A DNA stretch of 64,000 nucleotides, from positions 5,234,691 to 5,298,690 of the forward strand of contig MU058824.1 of assembly GCA_013265495.1 (NCBI GenBank), in the 5' to 3' direction. The DNA is from Vicugna vicugna. Lineage: Eukaryota. A model generated the notes under the pieces. It saw only the letters and a program-made list of their open reading frames with translations, was not told the origin of the DNA and did not search any database. The position numbers were made by a program, and so were the translations under genes. How positions within the stretch are numbered: the first letter of the stretch is position 1; each line of letters opens with the position of its first letter. Positions 28,501-42,084 of this stretch are shown here, piece by piece.

Positions 28501-30429
28501 GTTTAGGAGTAAAACGCCACTGACAAATCTCCGAATTGGTGTAAACATCATATTTGCAGGCTTGCTCTGATTTTCTTTTTAAAAATATATCCCTATTTAT
28601 TTTGGCATGTTAAGCTGATGAGAGGGGTTTGAACTGAAAGAAATGATAAAGAACTCTGTATCAGGGAGGTGCTTAACCATTATCAGCCTTTGTCAAAGTT
28701 TATTCCTGAGCTGTGCATGAGGTGCCACACCCTGGTTTTTCCATTTTCTCACAAGTCTGACCTCCCTTCTCACGATGTAACCCCAGATGTCCAAGGAACC
28801 CACTTCTATTATAGGAGGATGTCGCTGGGTTTGGCTATGTGGAAGGAGGAAGGAAGCTGAACAGGAAAACTCTTCTAGAATGTGGTGAATTACATTGTTT
28901 AGCTCCCTCAACACTCCATTTTTTGGACAAGAAACCAGAATCTATCCTTGGTTCCAAATTCATACTCTCGGGATTCAGGTAGAATGAAGGCTACCACAGC
29001 CCAGGACACAAGATGAGGGTGCATCACTAGGTCAGGCACAGACCTTTTCCATTCCCCAGACAACAAACTCTCATAAGCCTTTTCTGGCTCTGCACCTTCC
29101 CCACCCTCCTCCTCATCATCATGCAGAGGCGCTGTTGGGCAAGTGTCCTGAAAGGTATCTGTGGACCAACATCTGCTAGTGCATGTGGTCAGATGGCCAC
29201 AGACACTGGATCATGCTTCCTAAAAGTGATCCTGTCTCTCCTTCCTCTCCCTCAAGGGTTCTGCAAGCAGGGAAGGTAGTCTCAGAACATTCCATCCTCT
29301 GAAGGGTTCCTCCAGTTCCCTAGAGCAAGTCCTGTCAAAGACCACACCCAGAAGCCTCTCCCAGACCCAGTTAAGTCTGGAGCCATGGAGAGACATCATT
29401 ACAGTGGGGCTGCCAGTGAAGGAAGCCACACCCTGAAATATGGGAATTCAGTGGAAATCAATTGCGGCAGCAGTCTCATCCCCAGTTAAAGGGTCTTCAT
29501 GCAGTTAATTAATCATCACATTTACTGAGTATATACTATTACAAAGCCCATGCTTGGTATCTTAATGCAACTTACTAACAAATACACATTCTTGCTTTTG
29601 CATCCTCTTGATGCTTTTTCCCAAATAAACTTCGAAAAACAGATTTCATAATTCTAAGCTTTGTGACCTTGGGCAAACTGATAAACCTCTCTGAGCCTAA
29701 AGTGCCAAATGTTAAAAAGTTGATAATTTCATAAGGCTGTCGTAAGGATTCTATGGGATGTTAAATATCCCTGGTATAGTACTTGGCACATTGGTGCTCA
29801 ATAACCATACATTTCCTTTCTTCTTTCCTTTAAAGGAATTTCTTTACAGGACCTGCCAGAGTCAGTTATTCTACATGATTTTACTGCTTTCTACCTGAGG
29901 GTCAAGCCCAGGGGCTCAAATCTTTATTTTGGCTTCAGAGGCCTCACCTGTCCTCTCCTCTCTTGTACCCTGTGCTCTTATAGATGTTCTTGCCTCCACT
30001 AAGATCCATCTTGGCACCAACTGGGCCACCACAGAGAATACACATTCTAATGGGGTAGAAGGACGAAATGACAAAGGCGCAGTCCCACAGGGTCCTTGCC
30101 TCTCGACCATGTTGGAGGGACACAAGTTGGGACACACTGAGCCCTGAAGGAGGTCAAGGCCCAAATCCTCTGGGCATATGGGAAGTTACTCCTGGCCTGG
30201 ATCCCATGACAGGATCCTCTCCTTCCAGTCAGAGGTTCCTTCCAGGCAGTTCTAGGTTCTCTGTGGGGTCCACCCCCACCGTGCTGAGGAGCCCCTGTGT
30301 TTCTGAATGGTCTTCCACCGAGACCACCCTTGCCCTCCCACAGGTACACACATGGTATCTCTGGGGATGGTGTCCTCCACACCGGGCCTCCCCGTGGCAG
30401 CAACTGCGGAGAGAGCCCTGAGAGTCTCC

Positions 30430-31330
30430 ATTCGCACAGGGATCTTCCATGGGGGCGGCTCCGCACATCGCCTCCGGGACCCTCCCGAGGGGCAGAGGCA
30501 GAGACACGCGGGATTTAACCACTTACACAGGGACCCCCTTGTGGATGGCTCCCACACATCTGAGAGTCCCGGGAGGGTTGTCCTCTGCCCGCAGACGCGC
30601 CCCTCACGGTGCCTGTCGGGTCCCCGCCGCCCCCGCCCCCGCTTACCGGGACTGTCAGGGTGCGGGACGCGGGTCCGAGGCTGGCGGACTCTACACCCCG
30701 GGCCCCGCGCCACCCATGGCCGTTCGAGAGCCGGCGTGCTGGGGCCGAGCACCTGGAGCAGGCGGCGCGGGCGGAGCAGGAGGCTGAGGCGGCGGCGGCG
30801 CGCGCGCCCCGAGCACACCCACCCTCTCCGCCCCGCGCGGCTGCGGCGCGTGCGCCCGCGCGAGACGACCTCCTCGGGCCGGGGGCGCGCGCCCTGCCCC
30901 GCCCTCCTGCGCCTCCACGCGCGGCCCTCGCGCCTCAGCCGGCGACCTCGCGCGGGAGTGAGGAGCCGAGGGACCGCGGGAGGGCGGCGGCCCACTCTGA
31001 CGAGCTGTGGGTCCAAGTGCGAGTGGGCGCCCCCAACCAGCGCCCCGCTCTGCGGCGCCGAGACTGCGGCAGCCTGGCCGCCCGCGGCAAGGTCAGTGCC
31101 CGCCCGGAGGAGGCGGCCCGGGAGGGGGCTCAGCGGGGGCTGCGGCCGCTCCCAGTCCCTCCCGCGCCGGGGCGAAGCGTCTTGCCGCCCGCACCTGCCT
31201 GAGGAGGTGAGAATGACTCATCTAGCGGCCCCGGCAGGGCTCTGTCTCTCCTACCAAGGCCAGCTGCCCGCTCGGGCTTCCGGGCCCACGACGCTGGCAT
31301 CGGGTACTCACCTTCGCAGTAGCCCACAGG
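30430..31330 (-). promoter_or_regulatory. PHF24: CpG-island promoter of PHF24
   Basis: Very high GC/CpG, GC boxes, NRF1-like GCGCGTGCGC near 30846; the long Arg/Pro/Gly ORFs here are GC artefacts. Confidence 0.9.
30647..30830 (-). other. PHF24: PHF24 non-coding exon 1 (5' end approximate)
   Basis: Donor CCG|GTAAGC at 30647/30646 inside the CpG island; an in-frame TGA just before the donor excludes an N-terminal extension. Confidence 0.75.
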
Positions 31331-32939
31331 TTAGGGTCCAAATGAGCCTTCACAAAGTTAAGCTGGCTGGCCCACCTCTTTCTGTGCGCTGTTTTCTGAG
31401 ATTATTCGTCTTCCATCCCCAGTAGTAAAGTGCTTTAAATGTAACTCAGTTTTTGCTGCAGCAACATCATCCCTCAGACTGTTCGAATAGCCAGCTTGTC
31501 AGGAGGCCATCCGTTCTGAGGGATAGAGCGTGCATTACACCAAACTACTTGTGCTGAAGAGGGCAAGAAAAAGATCAAGTCATAAAGCACCTAGCAACTA
31601 ATCATAAAGAAATAACTGAAGATACAAATGATATGCCAAGAACCCTCTTATTTAAATTAATTATATTTATATTTTAACCTACCTTCATTTTCTTGTGCAT
31701 TCAGTCTGTTTCTCAAATACAATTCACGTCATGTTTTGAGCCTCTGGTATTTGTTTCACTCTGCTAGGGGCTGTAGGAGAGAAAAAAGAACTCATTTTGT
31801 TCTTAACATCATGAAACTTAACAATAGGGAATATAAGGAAAATATAGTACTACATATTGCTATCACTTTTAAACAAAGTACTAGGTACTATTCTAAACAC
31901 TTTAATTATATTGTCATTAATTTTCACACCATCTCTTTGAGGAACTGTACTATTAGTTTCTACATTTTGCGGGTTCCTAAGGTCCCATAGCTAATGTGGT
32001 CGAGGTAAGATCGAAATCCAGCTATTCTGACCTCAGACTCCAAGTTCCTAACCATTTTACTGTAGTAATGAGAAAGAACAAGCTGTTAATCATTGATACA
32101 TGGGATTCTAAAATTAGCACCTATTTCTCAGGAATCATTATCTTTTTTTTCCCCCTTTGCTTGGGAAAGTAACACAGACGAGCAGAGAGCTTTCCATATA
32201 GCTTGGGGGCCCAAACCTTCTTTAGGAATTACATCATACTAATAATTTCACTGATAGGGTTCTCTGAACTGTTTTCAGTAAGCATTTCTAGGCTGTTTGA
32301 CAGACTTACATGGATGAGGAGGCTGTAATGATGTCACCACAGAACTCTCTGTTGGTTAATTTCTTCACTAAAAAAAAGTGTTATTGTGCACCTATAGTAC
32401 ATGAGGCATTGTGTTAAGAACCAGAAGGGGTGCAAACAAGATTAAGACAGAGGAAACAGGTGTTGACAGAGAACCATAACAAGAGATGGAAAATGAGTTG
32501 TGCTTAATAGAGGAATGAAATTCAATGGAAGTTCCAAGGAGTAGAGAGACAGATTGTTCCATGAAGGGAGGTGCTTGGGTTAAGGAAAACATATAATTAT
32601 CGTTTAACTTATTGTTGATACTGAAGTATTATAAGCACTATAAAAATTTATCAAATTCCTTTATTTTGAAAAATTACATGCAAAAATCTCATATTCTGAA
32701 AAGGCAGCTTTTTGTTATGTTATAAGGATTGCTTAGAGTATGGAGAGGGTTAGTAAATGTTTTGAAGATGGTTTAACTTATCTCCTCAAGTTGGGAGCAC
32801 GGAATAAAATGATGATGGCAAAATAAGATTTTCAAGATCAAAGGAATAGCAGAAGAAAAAGCAAGGTGGGAGCGAACCCTGGACAGGGTCAGAGTTTTCT
32901 GGAGAATAGCTTTTGCAAGGTAGAGATTGTGTTTTCAAC

Positions 32940-32975
<36 letters not shown>

Positions 32976-34284
32976 CGCGAGCTTTAATTATGGCAAACAT
33001 GTGCCACAAATATTCTGGGATGGTCTGAGTTCAGATATTTGATTCCATTATGCCCATAAGTTCTTATCAGTAAGACTGACAAATACTGTCACTCATTCAT
33101 ATTAGTGTCTAGAAAGTAGAGATCATTGCATGTTCATCAGAAGTTTAATAAAAAAGGACTAGGAAAAGTCAGGGAGGGGCTAAATGATAAGGAACTCCAA
33201 ATACTCAGATGCTTTAATATGGTAGGTAAAATAGAGCCCCTACAAGTTTTTGAGCAAGGTAGTAGTGTGTTAAAGATCACCCTAAACATTTAGAGGTATT
33301 ACCTTTTTAGATAAAGGGCTGAGTGAGAATTAATTTTTCCGTAAGGTATGGATCAAGATTCATTATTTTGTATATGGATGTCTAATTGTTCTGGCACCCT
33401 TTGTTGGAAAGATTTTCATCATTGAATTGCCTTTGCACCTTTGTTGAAAATCAGTTGGCCATTTTTGTGTGGGTCATTTTCTGGACTTTCTGCTCTGTTC
33501 TATTGATCTATATCTCCATCACTTCACCCATACCACATTGTCTTCTTTCTTAGTGTAGCTTTATAGTAGATCTTAAAATCAGGTAGTGTGAGTCCTCCAA
33601 CTTTATTATTCTTTTTCAACATAGTTTTAGATACTCTAGTTCCTTTGTCTTTCCATATACATTTTAGAATCAGTTTGTCTATTTGTACAAAAAATCGTAT
33701 TGGCATTTTAATTGGAATTGTGTTAAATCTTTAGATTAGTTTGGGGAAAATTGTCCTTTTAACAACATTGAGTCTTATAATCCATGAACATGCTGTATCT
33801 CTCCATTTATTCAGGTTTCCTTTGATTTCTTTTATTGGTGTTTATAGTTTTCAGTATATAAATCCTGCACATATTTTGTTATATTTATACCTAAGTATTT
33901 CATGTTTTTGTATAGTTTTCATAATTTTGATTTCTGATTATTCATTTCTAGTATAGAGACATACAATTGGTCTTTATATTGACTTCGTATCCTGTGACCT
34001 TGATAGATGCACATATTAATTCTAGGAGCTTTTTTTGGTACATTCTTGGGATTTTTCATGTAGACAATCGTGTTGTCTGTGAATAGAAACAGTTTCATTT
34101 ATTACTTTCCAATCTGTATGCTTTTTATTTGTTTTTCTTCCCTATTTCAGTGGCTAGGATTCAGGATGGTGTTGAATAGGGTGGTGACAGCAGATATACA
34201 ATCTTATGAGAAAAGCATTTAGTTATTCAACATTAAGTATGCTAACTATAGTAGGGTTTTTGTAGAAGTTCTTTATCAGTTTAA

Positions 34285-35108
34285 GAGGGCCTCTTGGAGC
34301 TGAGGATGGCCTCCAGCCAACAGACAGCAACAATACAGGGCCTTCAGTCTTATAGCCAAGGGAAATTGATTCTGCCAGTAGTCTAAGTGAGCTTGGAAGT
34401 GTGTTCTTCCTCAGTGATATTAATTTCCTATTGCTGCTGTAACAAATTTTCACAAATTTAGTGCCTTAAAAATACAAAATTTTAATCTCATAATCCTGAA
34501 GATGAATCCAAAATGAATCTTATGGGGCTAAACATCAAGGTTGGCAGGGCTGTATTCCTTCTGAAGATTCTGGGAAAGAATCTATTCCTTGCATTTTCCA
34601 GTGTATAGAAGCCACCTGTACCTTTGGCTTGTGGCCTCTTCCTTTGTCTTCAAAGCCAGCAGTGAGTGGTCAAATCTTTCTCACATTGCATTACTCTGTT
34701 TCCATTGTCACATCTCCTTCTCTGACTCTTATAAGGACTCTTGTGATTACATTGAGCCCACTCAGATAATCCAGAATAACCCTCATTTTAAGATCCTTAA
34801 TTTAATTGCATCTGCAAAGATGCTTTGCCATGTAACATAGTTACAGATTCTGGGGATTAGAATTCCCTAATCCTAATAATAGATTGGCATATTTTGAGGA
34901 CAATTTTTCTGTCTACCAACTAATCAAACCTCCATATGAGAGTACAGCCCAGACAACATCTTGACTGCAGCCTAATGGGACCCTAAACATAGCATCCAGC
35001 TAAACCACATGGGAACTCTTAACCCATAGAAAGTGTGAGATATAAATGTATTGTTTTAAACCACTATATTTCTGGTAATTTGTTAAAACAGCACAGAAAA
35101 CGAATACA
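34285..35108 (+). mobile_element. MLT1E-like MaLR LTR interrupted by an opposite-strand MLT1C/D-like LTR (about 34414-34918)
   Basis: Outer halves join into one MLT1 LTR ending gaaaacgaataca; the inner copy starts attaatttcctattgctgctgtaacaaat. Confidence 0.75.
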
Positions 35109-35645
35109 GTGGGCATATAGTTGTTCATAATGTTTTCTCATTATCCTTTTTAACATCTGTATTTTCTGTAGTGGTTTCCCTTATTTCATTCCAGATATTG
35201 GGAATTTGTGTTTCTCTCTGACCACCTTGGTCAATCTGGCTGGAGGTTTGTCAGTTTTATTGATCATTTATAAGAACCAGCTTTTGTTTTCATTGATTTT
35301 CTCTATTGTTTTTCTGTTTATAATTTTCAAAACCTCTGCTCTTACCTTTATTATTTTCTTTTTATTTCCTTTGGGTTTAATTTACTCTTCTGTTTTTAGT
35401 AGGTGGAAGCTTAGATTTTTTTGGTCTAAGACCTTTCTTCTTCCTTTTATGTTTTTAAATTGAGACATAACTTGCATATTATAAAATTCACCTTTTTAAA
35501 GTGTACACTTTAGTGGTTTTCAGTATATTCACAGTGTTGTACAATCATCACCATTATCTAATTTCAGAACATTCTTCTTTACTGATATGTGTCCCCAAAT
35601 TTTGGTATGTTGTATTTTCATTTCCATTCAATTAAACATTTTTTG

Positions 35646-35785
35646 GGGGGGAGGTTATAGCTCAGTGGTAGAGCACATGCCTAATGTGCATAAGGTCCTG
35701 GGTTCAATCCTCAGTACCTCTATAAATAAGAAACAAACAAACAAACAAACAAAAAAACAAACCTAACTACCTCCCACCTCAAAAA
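35646..35785 (+). mobile_element. tRNA-derived SINE (camelid Vic-1 type)
   Basis: A box tagctcagtggtag, B box ggttcaatcc, A-rich segment and acctaactacctccc tail. Confidence 0.85.
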
Positions 35786-36367
35786 ATACTAAATTTTTTT
35801 CCTCATTTCCATTGAGACTTAACACTATGATGCATGGGTTATTTGTAGTATCCTGTTTAGTTTTCAGCTGTTTTAGGATTCTGCCACATATCTGTCATTG
35901 ATTTTTATTTCACTATAGTCCATTACATATGGTCTATATGTTTTCAAATATTTTAAATTCATTTAAGTTTTATTTTATGTCCTAGAGATGTGGTGTACCT
36001 TGATGAACTGTTCATGTACACTTTAAAATAATTTTGTTAGCTGGATTACGCTATGAATGTCTCTTAGGTCAAACTGGTTGATAGTGTTGTTCAGGTCTTC
36101 TGTATCCTTATGGTTTTCTATTGTTCTATTGATTACTGAGAGAGTAGTATTTACTTGTGAATTTGACTTTTAGTAAGTAAAATACAAGTTTTTGCTTTGT
36201 GTATTTTGAGCAACTGTTGGTAGGTGTGTTCACCTTTAGGACTGTGATGCTACCTTTATGAATTAACCCTTTAATCATTACAAAATGTGGCTCTTTATTC
36301 CTGGTAGTGGCCCTCATTCTGAAATCTACTTTGTCTGACATTAGTATAGCCACTTCAGCTTTCTTTT

Positions 36368-36477
36368 TTTAATTAAAAAAATTTTTTTATTGAGTTATAG
36401 TCATTTTGCAATGTGTCAATTTCTGGTGTACAGCACAATTTTTCAGCCATACATGAATATACATATGTTTGTTTTCA
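36368..36477 (-). mobile_element. Young 5'-truncated L1 3' end with 17-bp TSD
   Basis: Perfect direct repeat cacttcagctttctttt at 36351-36367 and 36478-36494. Confidence 0.85.
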
Positions 36478-38189
36478 CACTTCAGCTTTCTTTTGATTAG
36501 AGTTTCCATGGTATTAATTTTTCCATCTTTTAACTTATGTATATCTTGTTATTTAAAGTGTATTTCTTGTAGATAGCGTATAGTTGGTTATTATTTTTAT
36601 CCAATATGACAATGTCTGTTGTTTAATTGATGTATTTATACTATTTACATTCAATATAATGTTGATATGTAGATTTGTCTTTTCCTCTCCTTCATATCCC
36701 TTATTCAGTCATTCAGCAATTTTAAACACCTTTATTGAGAATTAGTTTACATACCATAGAATTCACTTAAGTGTACAATTCAGTGATTTTTTTAGTACAG
36801 TTACAGAGTTGTGTAGCCATCACCACAATTCAGTATTAGAATAGTTTTACCACCAGAGAAAGATCCCTCCTGCCCATTTGCAGTTACTACTTGCAGTCAA
36901 CCACGAATCTGCCTTCTGTCTTTATAGATTTACCTTTTCTGAACATTGATATAAATGGAATTATACAATATTTAGCCTTTTGCACCTGGCTTTTTAAATT
37001 TAGCATGTTTTTGAGGTTCATCTATGTTATAGTATGTATCATTTCTTTCCTTTTTATTGCCTAATAGTAGTCAATTGGCTTTATCATGTTTTTTGTTTAA
37101 CTGTTCACCAGCAAATGGAATTTGGATTATTTCAAGTTTTCAGCTATTATGAATAATGCTGCTAATAAACATTGACATACAGTATTTGTGTGGCCATATA
37201 TTTTCATTTCTCCTGGATAGATACCTAGGAGTTGAATTGCTGGGCCATATGATACATATATGTTTACCTTTTTAAGAAACTGCAAACTCTTTTCTAAAGT
37301 GGCTGTATCATTCTCATCAGTAATGTATGAAGATTCCTGTTTCTTCACATCTTCTCCAACACTTTTTGTTGTCTTTTTGATTATGGACATTTTAGTGGGT
37401 AGAAAGGAGTGCCTCATTATGGTTTTAATTTTCATTTTCCTAATGGCTAAAGATGTTGAGAATCTTTTCATGTAGTTACTGGCTATATATATATATATAT
37501 ATACACACATATATACACACACACACACACGCACATATACATATACATCTTCTTCAATAAAATGTCTAACAAAATCTTTTGCCTGTATTAAAATTGTATT
37601 GTCTTCTTATTGAATTGTGAGAGTTCTTTATGTATTTTGGATACAAGTCCTTTATCAGCTTTTTGATTTGCAAATATTTTCTCCCAGACTGTGGCTTGTC
37701 TCTTCATTTAAAAAATGATGTCTTTTGAATTACCAAAGTTTTAAATTTTGATAAGTTCACTTTAGCATTATTTTCTCTTATGAACTGTATTTTTGGTGTT
37801 GTTATATTATTATGATTATATTTTAAGCACTTTTTACCTGACTCATGTTTATGAAGATTTTCTATAAATTTATAACTTTAGCTTGTACATTTAGGTCTAT
37901 GGTCCAAGTTGAGTTAATTTTTGTATGAGATAAGGGCATTATATATATAAGATAAAGACGTTAATTCATCTTTTTCATTTGGCTATCCTATTGTCCCAGC
38001 ACCATTTGTTGAAAAGACTACCCATTCTTCATTGAATTGCCTTGATAACTTTGTTGAAAATAAGTTGGCTGTATGTGTAGGGATTTATTTCTGGACTCCT
38101 AGTTCTGTTTTTATTGGTTTACGTGGCTGTCTTCATGCTAGGATCATACTATCTCCATCACTATAGCTTTGTATTAAGATTAAAAAAAA

Positions 38190-38314
38190 TTTTTGTTGGG
38201 GGGAGGTAATTAGGTTTATTTATTTATTTATTTTTAATGGAAGTACTGAGGATTGAACCCAGGACCTTGCGCATGCTAAGCACGCCCTCTATCACTGAGC
38301 TACCCTCTCCCCCC
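38190..38314 (-). mobile_element. tRNA-derived SINE (Vic-1 type)
   Basis: Reverse complement of the same SINE; tattaag-tt flanking repeat. Confidence 0.85.
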
Positions 38315-41229
38315 ATATTAAGTTTTGAAATCAGCAAATATTAAGTTTGTTCTTTTTTAACGTCATTTTGTGTTTTCTGGGTCCTTTGACTTTCCATGTA
38401 AAATTTAGTATCAGGTGGTCAGTGTCTGCAACAAAGGCAATTTGTGTTTTAATAGGGATTGCACTGAATCTATAGTTAGATTTAGAGAGATTGCTATGTA
38501 ATTATATTAATCTTATAATCTATGAACATGAAATATCTCTCCATTTAGTTAGATCTTTCTGTCAGCAGTATTTTATACTTTCCTTTGTACAGTACTTGTA
38601 TTTCTTTTGTTAAATTCCTTAGAATTGTTTTCTTAATTTGATTTTTGAATTACTCATTGCTGGTATTTAAAAATGCAATTGATTTTTATATGTTGATCTT
38701 GAATCTGGTGACTTTACTGAATTAACTTATTAGTTCTACTAATTTTTTATTTGTTTTTTTTTTATTCCATAGTTTGTTTTTTTTTTACATACAGGATCAT
38801 GTTATATTTGAATAAAGACAGTTTTACTTCTTTCTTTCTGATATGGATGCCATTTATTTCTTTTTCCTGCCTAGTTGCATTAGCTAGACTCTTCTGTACA
38901 ATGTGGAATAGAAGTGGTGGGAGCTGACATCATTGCTTTGCTCTTGATTTTAGGGGAAAATCATTCACTATTTCATAGTCTCCATAAGGACGATGTTATC
39001 TATAGGTTTTTCATAGATGCTGTTTATCAGGTTGAGGAAATTCCCTTCTTTTCCCTAGTTTGTTGAATTTTTTTTCATAAAGTGGTGTTGGAGTTTGTTA
39101 AATGTTTTTTCTGTGTCTATTAAGGTGATCACATAGTTTTTGTCTTTTACTCTGTTAACTTGGTATGTTACATTAATTGATTTTATGTGTTAGATCAGTC
39201 TTGTATTCCTGAGATAAGTTCCACTTGATCATGTTGTTTAATATTTTTTATATTTTGCTGCATTCAGTTTCCTATTAATTTGTTGAGAATTTTTGTGTCT
39301 ATTGTGAGGAAAGTTGGTTTATGATTTGTTTTTCTTTTGATATCTTTGTCTAGCATTTGTATCATGATAATGCTGAGTTAACAGAATGAATTGGGAAGTA
39401 ATCCTTCCTCTACTGTTTTCTGAAGAGTTTGTAAAAGAATGGTATTATTTTAAAAAAAAATTTGTTGTAATTCACTGTTGAAAGTTATCTGGGTGGGGGC
39501 TTTTATTTGTCAAGAGATTTTAAATTACTTATTCAATTTCTTTACTTGTTATGGATCTATTAGGATTTTCCATTTCTTCTTGAGTTAGTTTTGGTAATAT
39601 GTGTCTTTCTAGGAATTTGTCTGTTTTATATAAGTTGTTCAAATTGTTGGCATGATGTTGCTTATGTCATTCCTCTATAACCGTTTTAATTTCTCTAACA
39701 TTGCTAGTGAAATCTCCTCTTTCATTTCTATTTTTAGTAGTTTCTCTCTCTCTCTCTCTTTTGATGAGTCTAGCTGACAGTTTTTCAATTTTGTTCTTTT
39801 CAAAGAACCAACTTTTGGTTTTATTGATTTGCTTCATTGTTTTCTGTTGTCTATTTTATTGATTTCTATACTGTTTTTTATTTCCTTTCTTCTGCTAGCT
39901 TTGGGTTTAGTTTGGTCAAGTTAAAACTTAGGTTATTGATTTGGGATCATTCTTTTCCAATATAGGCATTTACCTGTACATTTTTTCTTGCCTTATCTTC
40001 TTAGAATGCTGCCATAGTGCCTCTTTTTTAACAGTCAGCATTGGAACCTCCTTCCTATGGTTTAGGAACCACTAATTTTATGAGTCTTGAACTTTGCCAG
40101 TGGGGCAACCAATGTCTTGCACTGTACAGTCCAGTGTCCAGTATCAGTATCCACTGCCCAGCATCTAGTATCTAGTAGAGCAGCATTGGAAATTTCAGGT
40201 GAAGGATCCAGGGTTCAATGATAGCAGGACCAGCATCTTCACTGGACTGGTTCTCTGGTGTTACTTCGGCTATGTTTACTCTGAGCAGCATCTTTTTGTT
40301 CTTGTCTGTTTTAAAATCTTGGTTCTTCAGTCTTCCTAGGGATTCTGTGAGCAACACAGTACCTTTTTAGCATACTCCTTTTCTAATATATCAGCCAAAG
40401 TTATTTTCTGTTGATTGATTGGTAACCTGACTGGTATATGCACCCTGCCTTAACTTGCCTCACAGTTTCGCTGTCTAAAACTTAAATTCCTTTAAAAGTC
40501 AGGCCAGATATTATTTCTTCCACACCAGGTAGCTTAGTACCCCTCCTCTGGATTTACACAGTACCCTGGGCTTATCCCTATTGTCATTTTTGCTATTTTG
40601 TGGTATCATTATCTGCTGGATTTCTGTCTCTCTTACTAGACTACAAGATTCTTAAGGGCAGGAATCATGTTTTATTCTCCATGTCAGAGACTTGTTGGGT
40701 ACTCAAAGCCACAAACATATATATTTGGTAGATACTACATTTTATGTCCTTAGATTCTTTATTTGCTTCAAAACTGAATTCTTTTTAGTGTTGGACTCAT
40801 CAGTTATGCAGGTCTACTGAGGCCATGGAAGCCCACAGAAACCCTTGGTCCTTTCTTAGAGCTCAGTTGCTTATGAATGAAATTTCCAGCAAATGAAATT
40901 TAGCAAATTTCTAGGATATGTTATCTGTTTCTAAGATATTAAAAAGACAATTTTCTCTGTTTGAGTATGTTTACACATTTAGGAGATTAGTTGATAGGCA
41001 TGCTATTTTTGCAGTTATTTATAATTTGTGCCAGAGCATGTGACTTATTAGTGGGTCTGGTTTAAAGTCCAGTAAAACCCAGTAAAAAATAAAATGTTAA
41101 GAGCTGGAGAAAGGAAGGAAAAATAGTATAGGTAAGAAAAAATTGGCCATGGAAACACTTTTTTTTATATGTTCTTTGAGAACTGGGATCATATGTTATT
41201 CTTCTTTGTACTCCTCACAAGAGCTTGCA

Positions 41230-41268
41230 TACACACACACACACACACACACCCACACACACACACAC
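41230..41268. repeat. (CA)n microsatellite
   Basis: Seen directly. Confidence 0.9.
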
Positions 41269-42084
41269 TCTCCTAAGTCCCTTATTACTTTAAATTTTTT
41301 ATTATCTGATTTGGGGCAGCCCAGGAAATATTTAAACCAATAGAATATATACTTCCTCTGGGAAGCAGAGAAAGTGATTTTTTTTGACCAAGAAGACTGA
41401 CGATTTAGGTAGCCTTCAAGTATTATATAAACTGAGTGAGAAAGCCAGAAAGAATTTTTCTAAGTCTGGACTCTGGATCTGATCCTTGTACATGTGACAG
41501 TTTCTATTGTAAACAGTTTTGAAATCCTTTGGTAATTGTTGGGAACAATCTTGTACATGTTCTTAATCTTCTGCAAGAGGTCCTGTGCCTGATGAGAATA
41601 GACTGAAAACTAATTGAAGTGTCTGAAAGTCCCTGGAGAGCCAGTGAGTGGTCCTCTGAGAGGATTCCTACTTCCAGTAAAGCATGTAAGAGTTGGAATG
41701 AAGTGTTATAATTATGATCCTGTAGCTCAAGTGCAAGCACCAGGGCATTTCTACCCATAAGAGAAGACAGGTAGGTAGAGCTCCTAGGAAAGATTCTTGT
41801 TCTGTAGTTGCCTTTGTGAGCAAGCAGTAAACAAAGGTAATAGACTTGGGAGAAAGGACTCTCTGAGCTGGCATAGAGTGTGACTATAGGGTGGGGATAT
41901 AGAAATGAACAGTTCACAGTCTAGTGGGAAAGGCAGGTAGATAGGAGTAGATTTACCAAGATGTGACTTGCACATGCCCTTTCCAAGGCCCTAGAAAGGG
42001 CTCAACAATGTTAGTAGTATTTTTTCTTGAAGATGCCCCCTCTCACACATAAAATCAAATTCCATAAGCTTCAGGGCTCATAAA

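Larger units (their letters stand above)
33320..39970 (-). mobile_element. Cluster of old nested L1 fragments (ORF2 and 3' UTR remnants)
   Basis: Minus-strand ORF2-like peptides: [41 protein letters not shown] and AILMSDKVDF...FVMIKGLIH. Confidence 0.9.

Noticed and set aside
30252..31425. Long ORFs of 372, 254 and 197 aa over the CpG island
   Set aside because: Arg/Pro/Gly/Ala-rich and open in several frames and on both strands, as expected from stop-codon scarcity in GC-rich DNA.
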